From Desulfocapsa sulfexigens DSM 10523 (GTDB lineage Bacteria; Desulfobacterota; Desulfobulbia; Desulfobulbales; Desulfocapsaceae), in assembly GCF_000341395.1 (NCBI RefSeq), contig NC_020304.1, forward strand, positions 120,001-152,000: a stretch of DNA of 32,000 nucleotides, in the 5' to 3' direction. Positions 7,932-16,290 of this stretch are shown here, piece by piece (position 1 is the first letter of the stretch; each line of letters starts with the position of its first letter). Below the pieces are notes generated by a model. The model was not told the DNA's origin, made no database searches, and was given only the letters and a program-made list of their open reading frames with translations. The translations under genes and the position numbers were made by a program.

Positions 7932-9236
7932 ATGCACACACAGGCAGACATTATTAATTTCTGGAGCCACATTCCAGACCTTTCAGACTCGCTTACTGAC
8001 GAAGATGAGGAACCTCCTGACGGTAGAATAAAAACCCTCGACGCAGACGCCTGTCTGCTCAAAATTCCCCCCCCAGCCACTCTTTTTTCTCTACCTTCAG
8101 AAGCATCATCAGTAAGTCCTTCTCAAAGAAACACATTTCGAAAAACCTTTTACCCAGGTGTTACAGCAAAACAGTGGAACAGCTGGCATTGGCAGGTTGC
8201 CAACCGTATCCGTCGTGGAGACCAGCTTGGGCGTTTTTTACAGCTTTCCAAAGACGAAGAACTGGCTGTCAATGGAACGGGAACTACTCTTCCGCTTTCC
8301 ATTACTCCATATTACCTGAGTCTTCTTAACCCTACAGATCCAGAGCATCCACTCCGCCGTTCCGTTGTTCCCACAACAGGTGAATTAACCCAGGGACCCG
8401 GTGAGGCTGACGATCCTCTTGGAGAAGACAACCAGAGTCCTGTGCCGGGTCTTGTTCACCGCTATCCTGACCGTGTTCTTTTTCTGGTACATGATTTTTG
8501 CTCAACCTATTGCCGTTACTGTACGAGATCGCGTGTTGTCGGGCATGGTACCATAAATCCGACAACAGCCAGATTCGAACGAATGCTTGACTACATTCGT
8601 CGTACAAAAACGATCCGTGACGTCCTTATTTCAGGTGGCGACCCACTGTTGCTGTCCGATGATCGCCTTGAATGGCTGTTGAGCAGTCTGCGTAAAATCC
8701 CTCACGTAGAGGTTATTCGCATCGGAACCAAGGTTCCTGCAGTGCTTCCGCAGCGTATCACCCCCGCACTGGTGAAAATGCTTCGCCGCTATCATCCTCT
8801 CTATATGAGCCTGCATTTCATCCATCCAGACGAATGCACTCCGGAAACCACCAAAGCTTGTGCACGCCTTGCAGGGGCAGGGATTCCACTCGGTTCGCAG
8901 ACCGTTCTCCTGCGCGGTATCAACGACACGGCGGAAACGATGAAGAGCTTAATGCACGGGGTGATGAAGATGCGGGTCCGTCCATACTATCTCTATCAGT
9001 GCGACCCCATCACCGGATCGGCTCATTTCAGGACATCGGTAAAGAAAGGACTGGATATCATCCAGGGATTAAGGGGTTTTACCAGTGGTTATGCCATTCC
9101 AACTTATGTCATTGATGCCCCTGGCGGAGGAGGAAAAATCCCCCTTCTACCGGATTCGGTTATAGGGAAAGAGGGCAGTGATCTCCTGCTGCGTAACTAC
9201 GAAGAGAGATGCTTCCGTTATCCCGATGTTGTCTGA
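7932..9236 (+). CDS. kamA: KamA-family radical SAM aminomutase, predicted lysine 2,3-aminomutase (forms beta-lysine)
   Basis: 434 aa, with a strong RBS (GGAG, then 7 nt, then ATG). The radical SAM cluster CSTYCRYCTRS is at 8499-8522. KamA hallmark blocks are WHWQVANRI, ITPYYLSL, SPVPGLVHRYPDRVLFLV, VRPYYLYQCD and YVIDAPGGGGK (the PLP lysine codon is 9135-9137). Confidence 0.9.
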   Translation: MHTQADIINFWSHIPDLSDSLTDEDEEPPDGRIKTLDADACLLKIPPPATLFSLPSEASSVSPSQRNTFRKTFYPGVTAKQWNSWHWQVANRIRRGDQLGRFLQLSKDEELAVNGTGTTLPLSITPYYLSLLNPTDPEHPLRRSVVPTTGELTQGPGEADDPLGEDNQSPVPGLVHRYPDRVLFLVHDFCSTYCRYCTRSRVVGHGTINPTTARFERMLDYIRRTKTIRDVLISGGDPLLLSDDRLEWLLSSLRKIPHVEVIRIGTKVPAVLPQRITPALVKMLRRYHPLYMSLHFIHPDECTPETTKACARLAGAGIPLGSQTVLLRGINDTAETMKSLMHGVMKMRVRPYYLYQCDPITGSAHFRTSVKKGLDIIQGLRGFTSGYAIPTYVIDAPGGGGKIPLLPDSVIGKEGSDLLLRNYEERCFRYPDVV

Positions 9237-9320
9237 CCGGAAAAATCAGTTACAGGCATCTCTGTCAAGTAACAGAGATATTTCCTATTCATATTTACGT
9301 TTCAAACGGGTTCAATACAG

Positions 9321-10307
9321 ATGAAGATAGGATTGACTTTTGATTTACGCTCCGCTTACCTGGAGATGGGATTCTCTGAGCTTGAAACAGCAGAATTCGA
9401 TCGTGACGACACTATTACAGCCATTGAAAATGCGCTGACCACACTGGGTCACAAATGTGAGCGAATCGGTCATGCCAGACAGCTTATGCAGGCCCTTACG
9501 GAGGGAAAACGCTGGGATCTGGTTTTTAATATCGCTGAAGGGATGTACGGCATAGGCCGTGAGGCCCAGATTCCGGCAATTTTGGATGTTTTCAATATTC
9601 CATATACTTTTTCGGATCCACTGGTCATGAGCCTGACTCTTCACAAGGGCATGACCAAACGGGTACTGCGGGATGCAAAAGTTGCCGTGAGTGATTTTCT
9701 GGTTGCTGAAAAGGGGTCTGAAGCTGCAGCAATATCCTTCGGAGGTCCATGGTTCATCAAACCAGTTGCCGAAGGAACGGGAAAGGGAATTGATCCCACC
9801 TCCATCGTCAGAGATAAAGCGGAGCTGCCGGGAGCCGTCGACCATTTGATAGAAAAGTTTAAGCAGCCTGTAATCATTGAACCCTACCTGCCCGGTCGGG
9901 AGTTCACCGTTGGTATAGTAGGAACGGGAAACGTGGCAAAAGTTCTGGGAACCATCGAGGTTGTCCTGCTACAGAACGCTGAGGAAGGTGTCTATTCCTA
10001 TGTCAACAAGGAGGAATGCGAAGAACGGGTGGAGTATCGGCTGGTTCACGGCAGTAAGGATCCCGTTGTCAAGGAGGCTGAAAACACAGCCCTTGAGGCC
10101 TGGCGTGTCCTTGGCTGCAGGGACGGAGGACGCGCGGATCTGCGCTGCAATGCAAACGGAAAACCGCTGTTTATGGAGGTCAACCCTCTTGCCGGTATTC
10201 ATCCGCAACATTCGGATCTTCCCATTCTCTGTACAATGCAAAACATTGATTACCTGAGTCTTGTGGAAATGATACTCACCTCAGCCTCCGCCAGGGTTAC
10301 ACTATGA
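9321..10307 (+). CDS. ATP-grasp ligase, D-alanine--D-alanine ligase family (substrates unknown)
   Basis: 328 aa. Ddl-like motifs are WFIKPVAEGTGKGI, IIEPYLPGREFTVGIVG and GRADLRCNANGKPLFMEVNPLAGI. The stop overlaps the next start (ATGA at 10304-10307). Confidence 0.85.
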   Translation: MKIGLTFDLRSAYLEMGFSELETAEFDRDDTITAIENALTTLGHKCERIGHARQLMQALTEGKRWDLVFNIAEGMYGIGREAQIPAILDVFNIPYTFSDPLVMSLTLHKGMTKRVLRDAKVAVSDFLVAEKGSEAAAISFGGPWFIKPVAEGTGKGIDPTSIVRDKAELPGAVDHLIEKFKQPVIIEPYLPGREFTVGIVGTGNVAKVLGTIEVVLLQNAEEGVYSYVNKEECEERVEYRLVHGSKDPVVKEAENTALEAWRVLGCRDGGRADLRCNANGKPLFMEVNPLAGIHPQHSDLPILCTMQNIDYLSLVEMILTSASARVTL

Positions 10308-11305
10308 ACTTTGCCGTTGTTCATAATTCCCTGGAAGCAAGTGACAGGCCGGATGCGATGGATGTGCTGACGCAGGTGGAGGCAGTAAAAAAAGCACTGA
10401 TCCAGCTTGGGCACCGGGTAAAGATTCTGGACTGTTCTCTGAATCTGGAGAAAATCAGTTGTGATCTCAAAGAGACGAAGACGGAACTGGTATTCAATCT
10501 GGTAGAATCCCTTGGAGGGCATGGTCGTCTGATTCATCTTTTCCCTGCACTGCTTGAGGTTTTACATCTTCCCTGTACAGGATCTTCAGCAGGAGCCATA
10601 TCCCTAAGCTCCAACAAAACTGAGGCCAAGAATTTACTGCGCAGTGCTGGCCTTCCCACCCCTGACTGGGCAGAACTTTTATCAAGTGGTGAAAAAAAAA
10701 TTAGCGGCAGCATTACGATGGATGCCACCTGGATCATAAAATCCCTATGGGAACATGCCTCACTGGGAATGAATGCAGACTCTCTGGTGCAACCCTCCAC
10801 GACAGATGAACTTTTCTCGCTCATGAATACCAAAAAGGACAGTCTGGGTGGTGCCTGCTTTGCCGAGCACTTTATTGACGGCCGGGAATTCAATATCTCC
10901 ATTCTTGCCGGAGAAAATGGCCCGGAAGTACTGCCTCCTGCCGAGATCCTCTTTGACAATTTCACCTCGGAGATGGCCAGGATTGTTGACTATAAGGCCA
11001 AGTGGGACGAATCATCCTTTGCCTACCAGCACACTCCGCGCAGCTTTGATTTCAGCTCTAAAGACAGAGTGATCCTTGAAAATCTAAAGGAGATCTCCCG
11101 GCAATGCTGGTTTCTTTTCAGGCTGAACGGCTATGCCCGGGTCGACTTCCGGGTCGACCCTGAAGGTAAACCCTGGATACTTGAGGTAAATGCCAACCCA
11201 TGTCTCTCACCGGATGCGGGGTTTTCCGCAGCACTGGCACGGGCCGGAATATCCTTCAGTGAAGCAATCCACCGAATTGTAGCAGATGTCCCTGTGACAG
11301 TTTGA
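10304..11305 (+). CDS. ATP-grasp ligase, D-alanine--D-alanine ligase family, paralogue (substrates unknown)
   Basis: 333 aa. Motifs are WIIKSLWEHASLGM, AEHFIDGREFNISILAG and YARVDFRVDPEGKPWILEVNANPCLSPDAG. It is clearly distinct from, but homologous to, the upstream gene. Confidence 0.85.
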   Translation: MNFAVVHNSLEASDRPDAMDVLTQVEAVKKALIQLGHRVKILDCSLNLEKISCDLKETKTELVFNLVESLGGHGRLIHLFPALLEVLHLPCTGSSAGAISLSSNKTEAKNLLRSAGLPTPDWAELLSSGEKKISGSITMDATWIIKSLWEHASLGMNADSLVQPSTTDELFSLMNTKKDSLGGACFAEHFIDGREFNISILAGENGPEVLPPAEILFDNFTSEMARIVDYKAKWDESSFAYQHTPRSFDFSSKDRVILENLKEISRQCWFLFRLNGYARVDFRVDPEGKPWILEVNANPCLSPDAGFSAALARAGISFSEAIHRIVADVPVTV

Positions 11306-11319
11306 AAGGAGTAATATAA

Positions 11320-13578
11320 ATGTTACGCGTACGCCGCATCTACGATGATGCACTGCCAGTCAACAAAGAGGAACTGCGTCAGGTAAAGGAAATCCTGCGT
11401 TCCAGATTCAGTGTTACCGATGAAAAGGAGATTGAATCCATAGGAGAAAAACTGCGAAATCCTTTCAAACAGCGATTCCGTACCATTCTCTTTGTGGCCG
11501 AAAGTGTGAAGGAGCGTGTGGATGGTTTTGCAATCCTGCTCCATGAACCCTTACTCTCGTTCACCTATCTTGACTGGATTGCCATAACGGCCAAGCGTGC
11601 AAGCTCGGGTATTGGCAGTGTGCTCTACGAACGGGTACGGCAGGAATCTGCGGCCCTGAAGGTGAAAGGTCTTTTCTTTGAATGTTTACCGGATTCTGAA
11701 ACCTTCTGTTCTGAACCGGAAATACTTCAGGAAAATAGTGCCAGACTCCGTTTTTATGAACAATACGGTGCCCGTCCCATCGTCAATACGGCCTACGAAA
11801 CCCCCATCAACCCGGATGACAGTTGTGCCCCGTTCCTGGTTTATGACGGTCTCGAGAACAAAAAACCACCCTCAAAGACCTTTGTCCGTAAGGCTGTGCG
11901 TGCTGTACTGGAACGAAAATACAGTGATATATGCTCGCCCGAGTATGTGGATACCGTTGTTTCCTCATTCAATGATGACCCGGTGCAACTTCGTCCATTT
12001 CTCTATGTGAAACCCGAAGTTGCCAGCAACACAGTGGAAAGCAGAAGTACAGAACAGATTGCTGTAGTGGTGAATGACCGTCACGACATTCACCACATCA
12101 ATGACAAGGGATACGTGGAGTCTCCGGTACGTGTCCGGTCAATCCTCAAGGAACTGGACAAAAGTGGATTATTTGTCCAGATAAAACCACGCCACTATGC
12201 CAACCATCATCTCCATCCGGTACACACTTCGGATCTGGTTGGATATCTGAAAAATGCCTGTGCAGACATGCCGGAGGGCAAGTCCCTCTATCCTTACATC
12301 TTCCCCATCCGCAATAAGATGCGACCGCCAAAGGAAAAATCTGTACTTGCCGGATATTACTGTATCGACACGTTCACGCCCATTAACAGAAATGCCTATC
12401 CCGCTGCCCGTCGAGCGGTTGACTGTGCCCTGACTGCAGCAGATGAAGTGCTTAATGGACGAAGAATAGCCTACGCTCTGGTCAGACCTCCAGGCCATCA
12501 CGCTGAAAGTGGCGCTTTTGGAGGATTCTGCTATTTCAACAACAGTGCAGTCGCCGCCCACTACCTGAGCGGATATGGCAGAACCGTAGTGCTTGACATC
12601 GACTATCATCACGGCAACGGTACCCAGGAGATTTTTTACCGCCGCGATGATGTTCTGACCATCTCCATCCACGGTCATCCAAGCTTCGCCTATCCCTATT
12701 TCAGTGGATTTGAAGAAGAAAAAGGTGAAGGCGAAGGCGAGGGTTTCAATCTCAACATCCCCCTTCCTGAATCGGTGGATGGGGTAAAATATCGCAGGGC
12801 GTTGCAGAAAGTTCTGGAAAGGGTCGAGGCTTTTAATCCAGCCTTTCTTGTCGTGGCCTTAGGCCTTGATCCTGCCAAAGGCGACCCGACAGGTACCTGG
12901 AGTCTGCTGGCAAAAGATTTTCAGGAAAACGGTAAAATGATAGGAGCTCTTGGGTTGCCGACCATCGTTATCCAGGAGGGCGGATACAAAACGCGAACCC
13001 TTGGTATCAACGCCATGCGGTTTTTCAAGGGTCTCAGCCTTGCCATTCAGCGATGGGCCGATTCACGCCATCCGGTGAAAAGCAAAATTCAAGGCATTGC
13101 CTACAGATACGAAGTCGAGGAGGCTGATCTGGAACGAGTAGCCAAACTTGCTTCCAGAACAGGCTTCTTCTCTGCGGAGGAAGTGGATGTAGCTGTGGAA
13201 CTGGTGCAGGAGAGACTGGAAAAAGGAGACGCCAGTGGCTATAATTTCATCATAGCAGAACATTACGGTCGCCTTGTCTCCTACACCTGTTATGGCGCAA
13301 TCCCCTGCACCCAGAGCGGACATGATCTCTACTGGATCGTTGTACATCCCGATTATCAGGGAAGAGGCGTTGGTAAAAGCATCCTCAAGGAAACCGAACA
13401 TGCCATCAGAAGTGGCGGCGGCGAGCGGATATACGCAGACACATCCCAACGACTGCAGTACGCCAGCACACGTGCCTTTTACGAAAACAACGGTTACCTC
13501 CAGGTGAGCCTGTTACCCGACTTCTATGGTCCCGATGATGGCAAGGTAGTCTACTGCAAAAATCTGCTGAAACAATAG
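11320..13578 (+). CDS. Tri-domain fusion: GNAT-like domain / HDAC-family (arginase-deacetylase fold) amidohydrolase / GNAT acetyltransferase
   Basis: 752 aa, with an AAAGGAG RBS. The middle domain carries the full HDAC/acetylpolyamine-amidohydrolase catalytic set: RPPGHHA, LDIDYHHGNGTQ, GEGEGEGFNLNIPLP, VVALGLDPAKGDP and IQEGGY. The C-terminal domain has the canonical GNAT motif A, IVVHPDYQGRGVGKSIL...FYENNGY. The N-terminal ~230 aa have a weaker GNAT-like motif (WIAITAKRASSGIGSVLYERV). Confidence 0.88.
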   Translation: MLRVRRIYDDALPVNKEELRQVKEILRSRFSVTDEKEIESIGEKLRNPFKQRFRTILFVAESVKERVDGFAILLHEPLLSFTYLDWIAITAKRASSGIGSVLYERVRQESAALKVKGLFFECLPDSETFCSEPEILQENSARLRFYEQYGARPIVNTAYETPINPDDSCAPFLVYDGLENKKPPSKTFVRKAVRAVLERKYSDICSPEYVDTVVSSFNDDPVQLRPFLYVKPEVASNTVESRSTEQIAVVVNDRHDIHHINDKGYVESPVRVRSILKELDKSGLFVQIKPRHYANHHLHPVHTSDLVGYLKNACADMPEGKSLYPYIFPIRNKMRPPKEKSVLAGYYCIDTFTPINRNAYPAARRAVDCALTAADEVLNGRRIAYALVRPPGHHAESGAFGGFCYFNNSAVAAHYLSGYGRTVVLDIDYHHGNGTQEIFYRRDDVLTISIHGHPSFAYPYFSGFEEEKGEGEGEGFNLNIPLPESVDGVKYRRALQKVLERVEAFNPAFLVVALGLDPAKGDPTGTWSLLAKDFQENGKMIGALGLPTIVIQEGGYKTRTLGINAMRFFKGLSLAIQRWADSRHPVKSKIQGIAYRYEVEEADLERVAKLASRTGFFSAEEVDVAVELVQERLEKGDASGYNFIIAEHYGRLVSYTCYGAIPCTQSGHDLYWIVVHPDYQGRGVGKSILKETEHAIRSGGGERIYADTSQRLQYASTRAFYENNGYLQVSLLPDFYGPDDGKVVYCKNLLKQ

Positions 13579-13756
13579 GCGAAGGGGATATGGTTGTCCC
13601 CAGGCTACCATACCTCCTGACCATATAATTATTGCCAGTGTTTTTTGAATCAGGTAGGGTCATGTCAGGTAAACATGTATTTTCATGGAGTTTCAATCCG
13701 TTGTAAGGATACCTGTACTCAATCCTTCTTCAACTCTCAACACGAGGAAAAGTCTG

Positions 13757-15187
13757 ATGGAAACATTCAGGACATATGACCCTGAGGATTATTACGACGA
13801 ATTAATCGACGACACCGGCAAACCCCGGCCTGGGGTTCAGTTACTGGTGGATAAGATTGAATCACTACCCGAAGGTGACCTGGCCATGCGCCAGAGAGAA
13901 GCGGAGGCCCTGCTCCTCAAAATGGGCATCACCTTCAATGTCTACGGCCGCGATGAGGGCACGGAAAAGATATTTCCCTTTGATATTATTCCCCGCATTG
14001 TTTCCGGCAGCGACTGGCAGCAGATAGAGAACGGCCTGAAACAGCGGATCTTTGCCCTGAATGAATTCCTCCAGGACATTTACAACGGCAAAAAGATCCT
14101 GAAGGATAAAATAATCCCTGAAGATCTTATACTCAGCAGCCGCACCTATCGCAAAGAATGTGAGGGCTTCACCCCTCCCCGCGGCATATGGTGCCATGTA
14201 ACGGGTACGGATCTGGTACGAGGCCGCAACGGAGAATTCTACGTACTGGAAGACAATCTCCGCTGCCCCTCGGGCGTCTCCTATGTCCTTGAAAACCGCC
14301 AGGTACTAAAACGGACATTCCCCCAGGTGTTTGAAGCCTCTCATGTGCGACCGGTGGACGACTATCCCACCAAACTCCTCGATATGCTTGAGTACCTGGC
14401 TCCAGACCACGTGCAATCACCCACCATTGGTGTTCTGACTCCCGGCATCTATAACAGCGCCTATTTCGAGCACTCTTTTCTCTCCCAGCAGATGGGAATA
14501 GAACTAGTGGAAGGCCGGGATCTTGTTGTCTCAGATGGATTTGTCCATATGTTGACCACCAAAGGCCTCAAACGTGTTGATGTCCTTTATCGTCGCATCG
14601 ATGATGATTTCATCGACCCGGATGTCTTTCGTCCCGATTCCATGCTTGGTGTCAAGGGGCTCATTGAAGTCTATAAAGCTGGTCGTATCGCCATGGCCAA
14701 TGCACCCGGAACTGGTATTGCCGACGACAAGGTGATTTACGCCTTCGTCCCCGAGATCATCAAGTATTACACAGGTGAGGATCCGATCCTGGCCAGTGTG
14801 CCCACCTATATCTGCGGCAACGATAAAGACCGCTCCTATGTTCTGGAACACCTCGATGAGCTGGTGGTCAAGGCCGCCAACGAGTCCGGTGGCTACGGCA
14901 TGCTGGTTGGCCCCCATTCAACCAGGGCAGAGCAGGCTGAGTTCGCCAAAAAAATAGTGGCCGAACCCCGTAACTACATGGCCCAACCCACCATTTCACT
15001 CTCCCGGGTACCTACCATTGTTGGCGACCGCATCGAAGGTCGCCATGTTGATCTGCGCCCCTATGTGTTGTACGGAGAGGAAATTTATGTACAGCCCGGT
15101 GGCCTTACCCGGGTGGCTCTTACCAAAGGGTCTCTGGTTGTCAACTCCTCCCAGGGTGGTGGAAGCAAAGACACCTGGGTACTGTAG
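13757..15187 (+). CDS. Circularly permuted ATP-grasp protein (COG2308-type), apparently catalytically intact
   Basis: The ORF track starts it at 13685 with no RBS. An in-frame ATG at 13757 (METFRTYDPEDYYDELID...) is preceded by GAGGAAAAG and gives a 476-aa protein. Family-typical blocks are YVLEDNLRCPSGVSYVLENR, VLTPGIYNSAYFEHSFL, VVKAANESGGYGMLVGP and LVVNSSQGGGSKDTWVL. Confidence 0.87.
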   Translation: METFRTYDPEDYYDELIDDTGKPRPGVQLLVDKIESLPEGDLAMRQREAEALLLKMGITFNVYGRDEGTEKIFPFDIIPRIVSGSDWQQIENGLKQRIFALNEFLQDIYNGKKILKDKIIPEDLILSSRTYRKECEGFTPPRGIWCHVTGTDLVRGRNGEFYVLEDNLRCPSGVSYVLENRQVLKRTFPQVFEASHVRPVDDYPTKLLDMLEYLAPDHVQSPTIGVLTPGIYNSAYFEHSFLSQQMGIELVEGRDLVVSDGFVHMLTTKGLKRVDVLYRRIDDDFIDPDVFRPDSMLGVKGLIEVYKAGRIAMANAPGTGIADDKVIYAFVPEIIKYYTGEDPILASVPTYICGNDKDRSYVLEHLDELVVKAANESGGYGMLVGPHSTRAEQAEFAKKIVAEPRNYMAQPTISLSRVPTIVGDRIEGRHVDLRPYVLYGEEIYVQPGGLTRVALTKGSLVVNSSQGGGSKDTWVL

Positions 15188-15213
15188 ACGATTTATATAG
15201 AGGAGAAATAAAG

Positions 15214-16212
15214 ATGCTTAGCCGTGTAGCCAACTCAATTTACTGGATGTGTCGATATATCGAACGGGCGGAAAATGTAGCCCGCTTTATCAGTGTCAAC
15301 CTCAACCTGTTACTCGATATGCCCTCAGAAAAGGGCAAACACTGGGAACCGCTGGTACTGACAACAGGTGATCAGGAACTGTTCGAAAAAAAGTATCAGA
15401 ACTATACCAAAGAGGCGGTAATCGAATTCCTTGCCTTTGACCGGAGTTACCCCAATTCCATTATCAGCTCCCTTGCGGGAGCAAGGGAAAACGGTCGGTC
15501 CATCCGTGAAATCATCTCTTCTGAAATGTGGGAACATTTAAACAATTTCTATCTGGAACTGACCGATGTAAAAAGCCAGACCATGGCTCTTGAGGATCCG
15601 CACCGCTTTTTCAAAATCATTCAGATGCGCAGTCACCTGTTCACCGGACTGCTGGACTCGACCATGAGCCATGGGGAAGCCTGGAACTTTGCCCGCATCG
15701 GTATGATGCTGGAACGGGCAGACAAAACCTCCAGAATCCTTGACGTCAAATACTTTATGCTGTTGCCGCACCCGGATCTGGTGAACAGTCCGATAGATAA
15801 CATTCAGTGGACATCGGTGCTCAAATCTGCCAGTGCTTTTGAAATGTATCGTAAGGAACATCATCGGATAACCCCGCATAAGGTGGCAAGCTTCCTGATT
15901 TTTGACAGCCAGTTTCCTCGTTCCATCCGCCATTGTATTTCCAAGGCCGATATCTGTCTGCATAGGATTGCCGGCTCACCGGAGGGGTCCGCAAGCAATC
16001 TTGCCGAGAAAAAGCTGGGCCGTCTCAAAGCTGATCTTGAATACACTGACATTGATGAAGTGGTCAAATCTGGTATGCATGAGTACCTGGACGATCTGCA
16101 GAGTCGGATCAACCAGATTGATGAAGTCATCGGAACCACATTCTTCAATCTCAGGCCCCTGATCGATGTATCAACAAACGACCAGCAGCAGTCCACGACC
16201 ACCAACAACTGA
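15214..16212 (+). CDS. Alpha-E domain protein (COG2307-type)
   Basis: 332 aa, with an AGGAG RBS. The N-terminus MLSRVANSIYWMCRYIERAENVARF is the hallmark opening of alpha-E domain proteins. The rest appears all-helical, including GEAWNFARIGMMLERADKTSRILDVKY. Confidence 0.87.
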   Translation: MLSRVANSIYWMCRYIERAENVARFISVNLNLLLDMPSEKGKHWEPLVLTTGDQELFEKKYQNYTKEAVIEFLAFDRSYPNSIISSLAGARENGRSIREIISSEMWEHLNNFYLELTDVKSQTMALEDPHRFFKIIQMRSHLFTGLLDSTMSHGEAWNFARIGMMLERADKTSRILDVKYFMLLPHPDLVNSPIDNIQWTSVLKSASAFEMYRKEHHRITPHKVASFLIFDSQFPRSIRHCISKADICLHRIAGSPEGSASNLAEKKLGRLKADLEYTDIDEVVKSGMHEYLDDLQSRINQIDEVIGTTFFNLRPLIDVSTNDQQQSTTTNN

Positions 16213-16290
16213 ATGAAAAAGTAATCAATAAACATGGGGCCGCGATATACCCGGCAACCATGCTCTTGATTCACAATAAAAGGAATACTC

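Noticed and set aside
9258-9279. A 7-bp hairpin (ATCTCTG-N8-CAGAGAT) between kamA and the first ATP-grasp gene, as a possible terminator or attenuator
   Set aside because: The stem is AT-rich and short, and is followed only by ATTTCCTATT rather than a U-tract. It is more likely an incidental or mRNA-stability structure. I cannot evaluate its folding energy here.
12724-12744. GEGEGEG low-complexity repeat (GGTGAAGGCGAAGGCGAGGGT) that looked like an insertion or microsatellite in the deacetylase domain
   Set aside because: It corresponds to the conserved G-x-G-x-G-x-G...N-x-P-L loop that precedes the active-site region in HDAC/acetylpolyamine amidohydrolase family members. It is not an expansion.
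9345-13449. Minus-strand ORFs inside the + strand operon (9345..9845, 9641..9877, 9969..10241, 10534..10965, 12169..12678, 13063..13449 and others)
   Set aside because: All are antisense to ORFs with clear enzyme motifs. None has a recognisable domain or start context.
16213-16290. An imperfect stem-loop (CATGG..GCCG-N9-CGGC..CCATG) between the alpha-E and large transglutaminase genes
   Set aside because: The stem is interrupted and there is no U-tract. It could be an mRNA processing or stability element, but there is not enough evidence from sequence alone.
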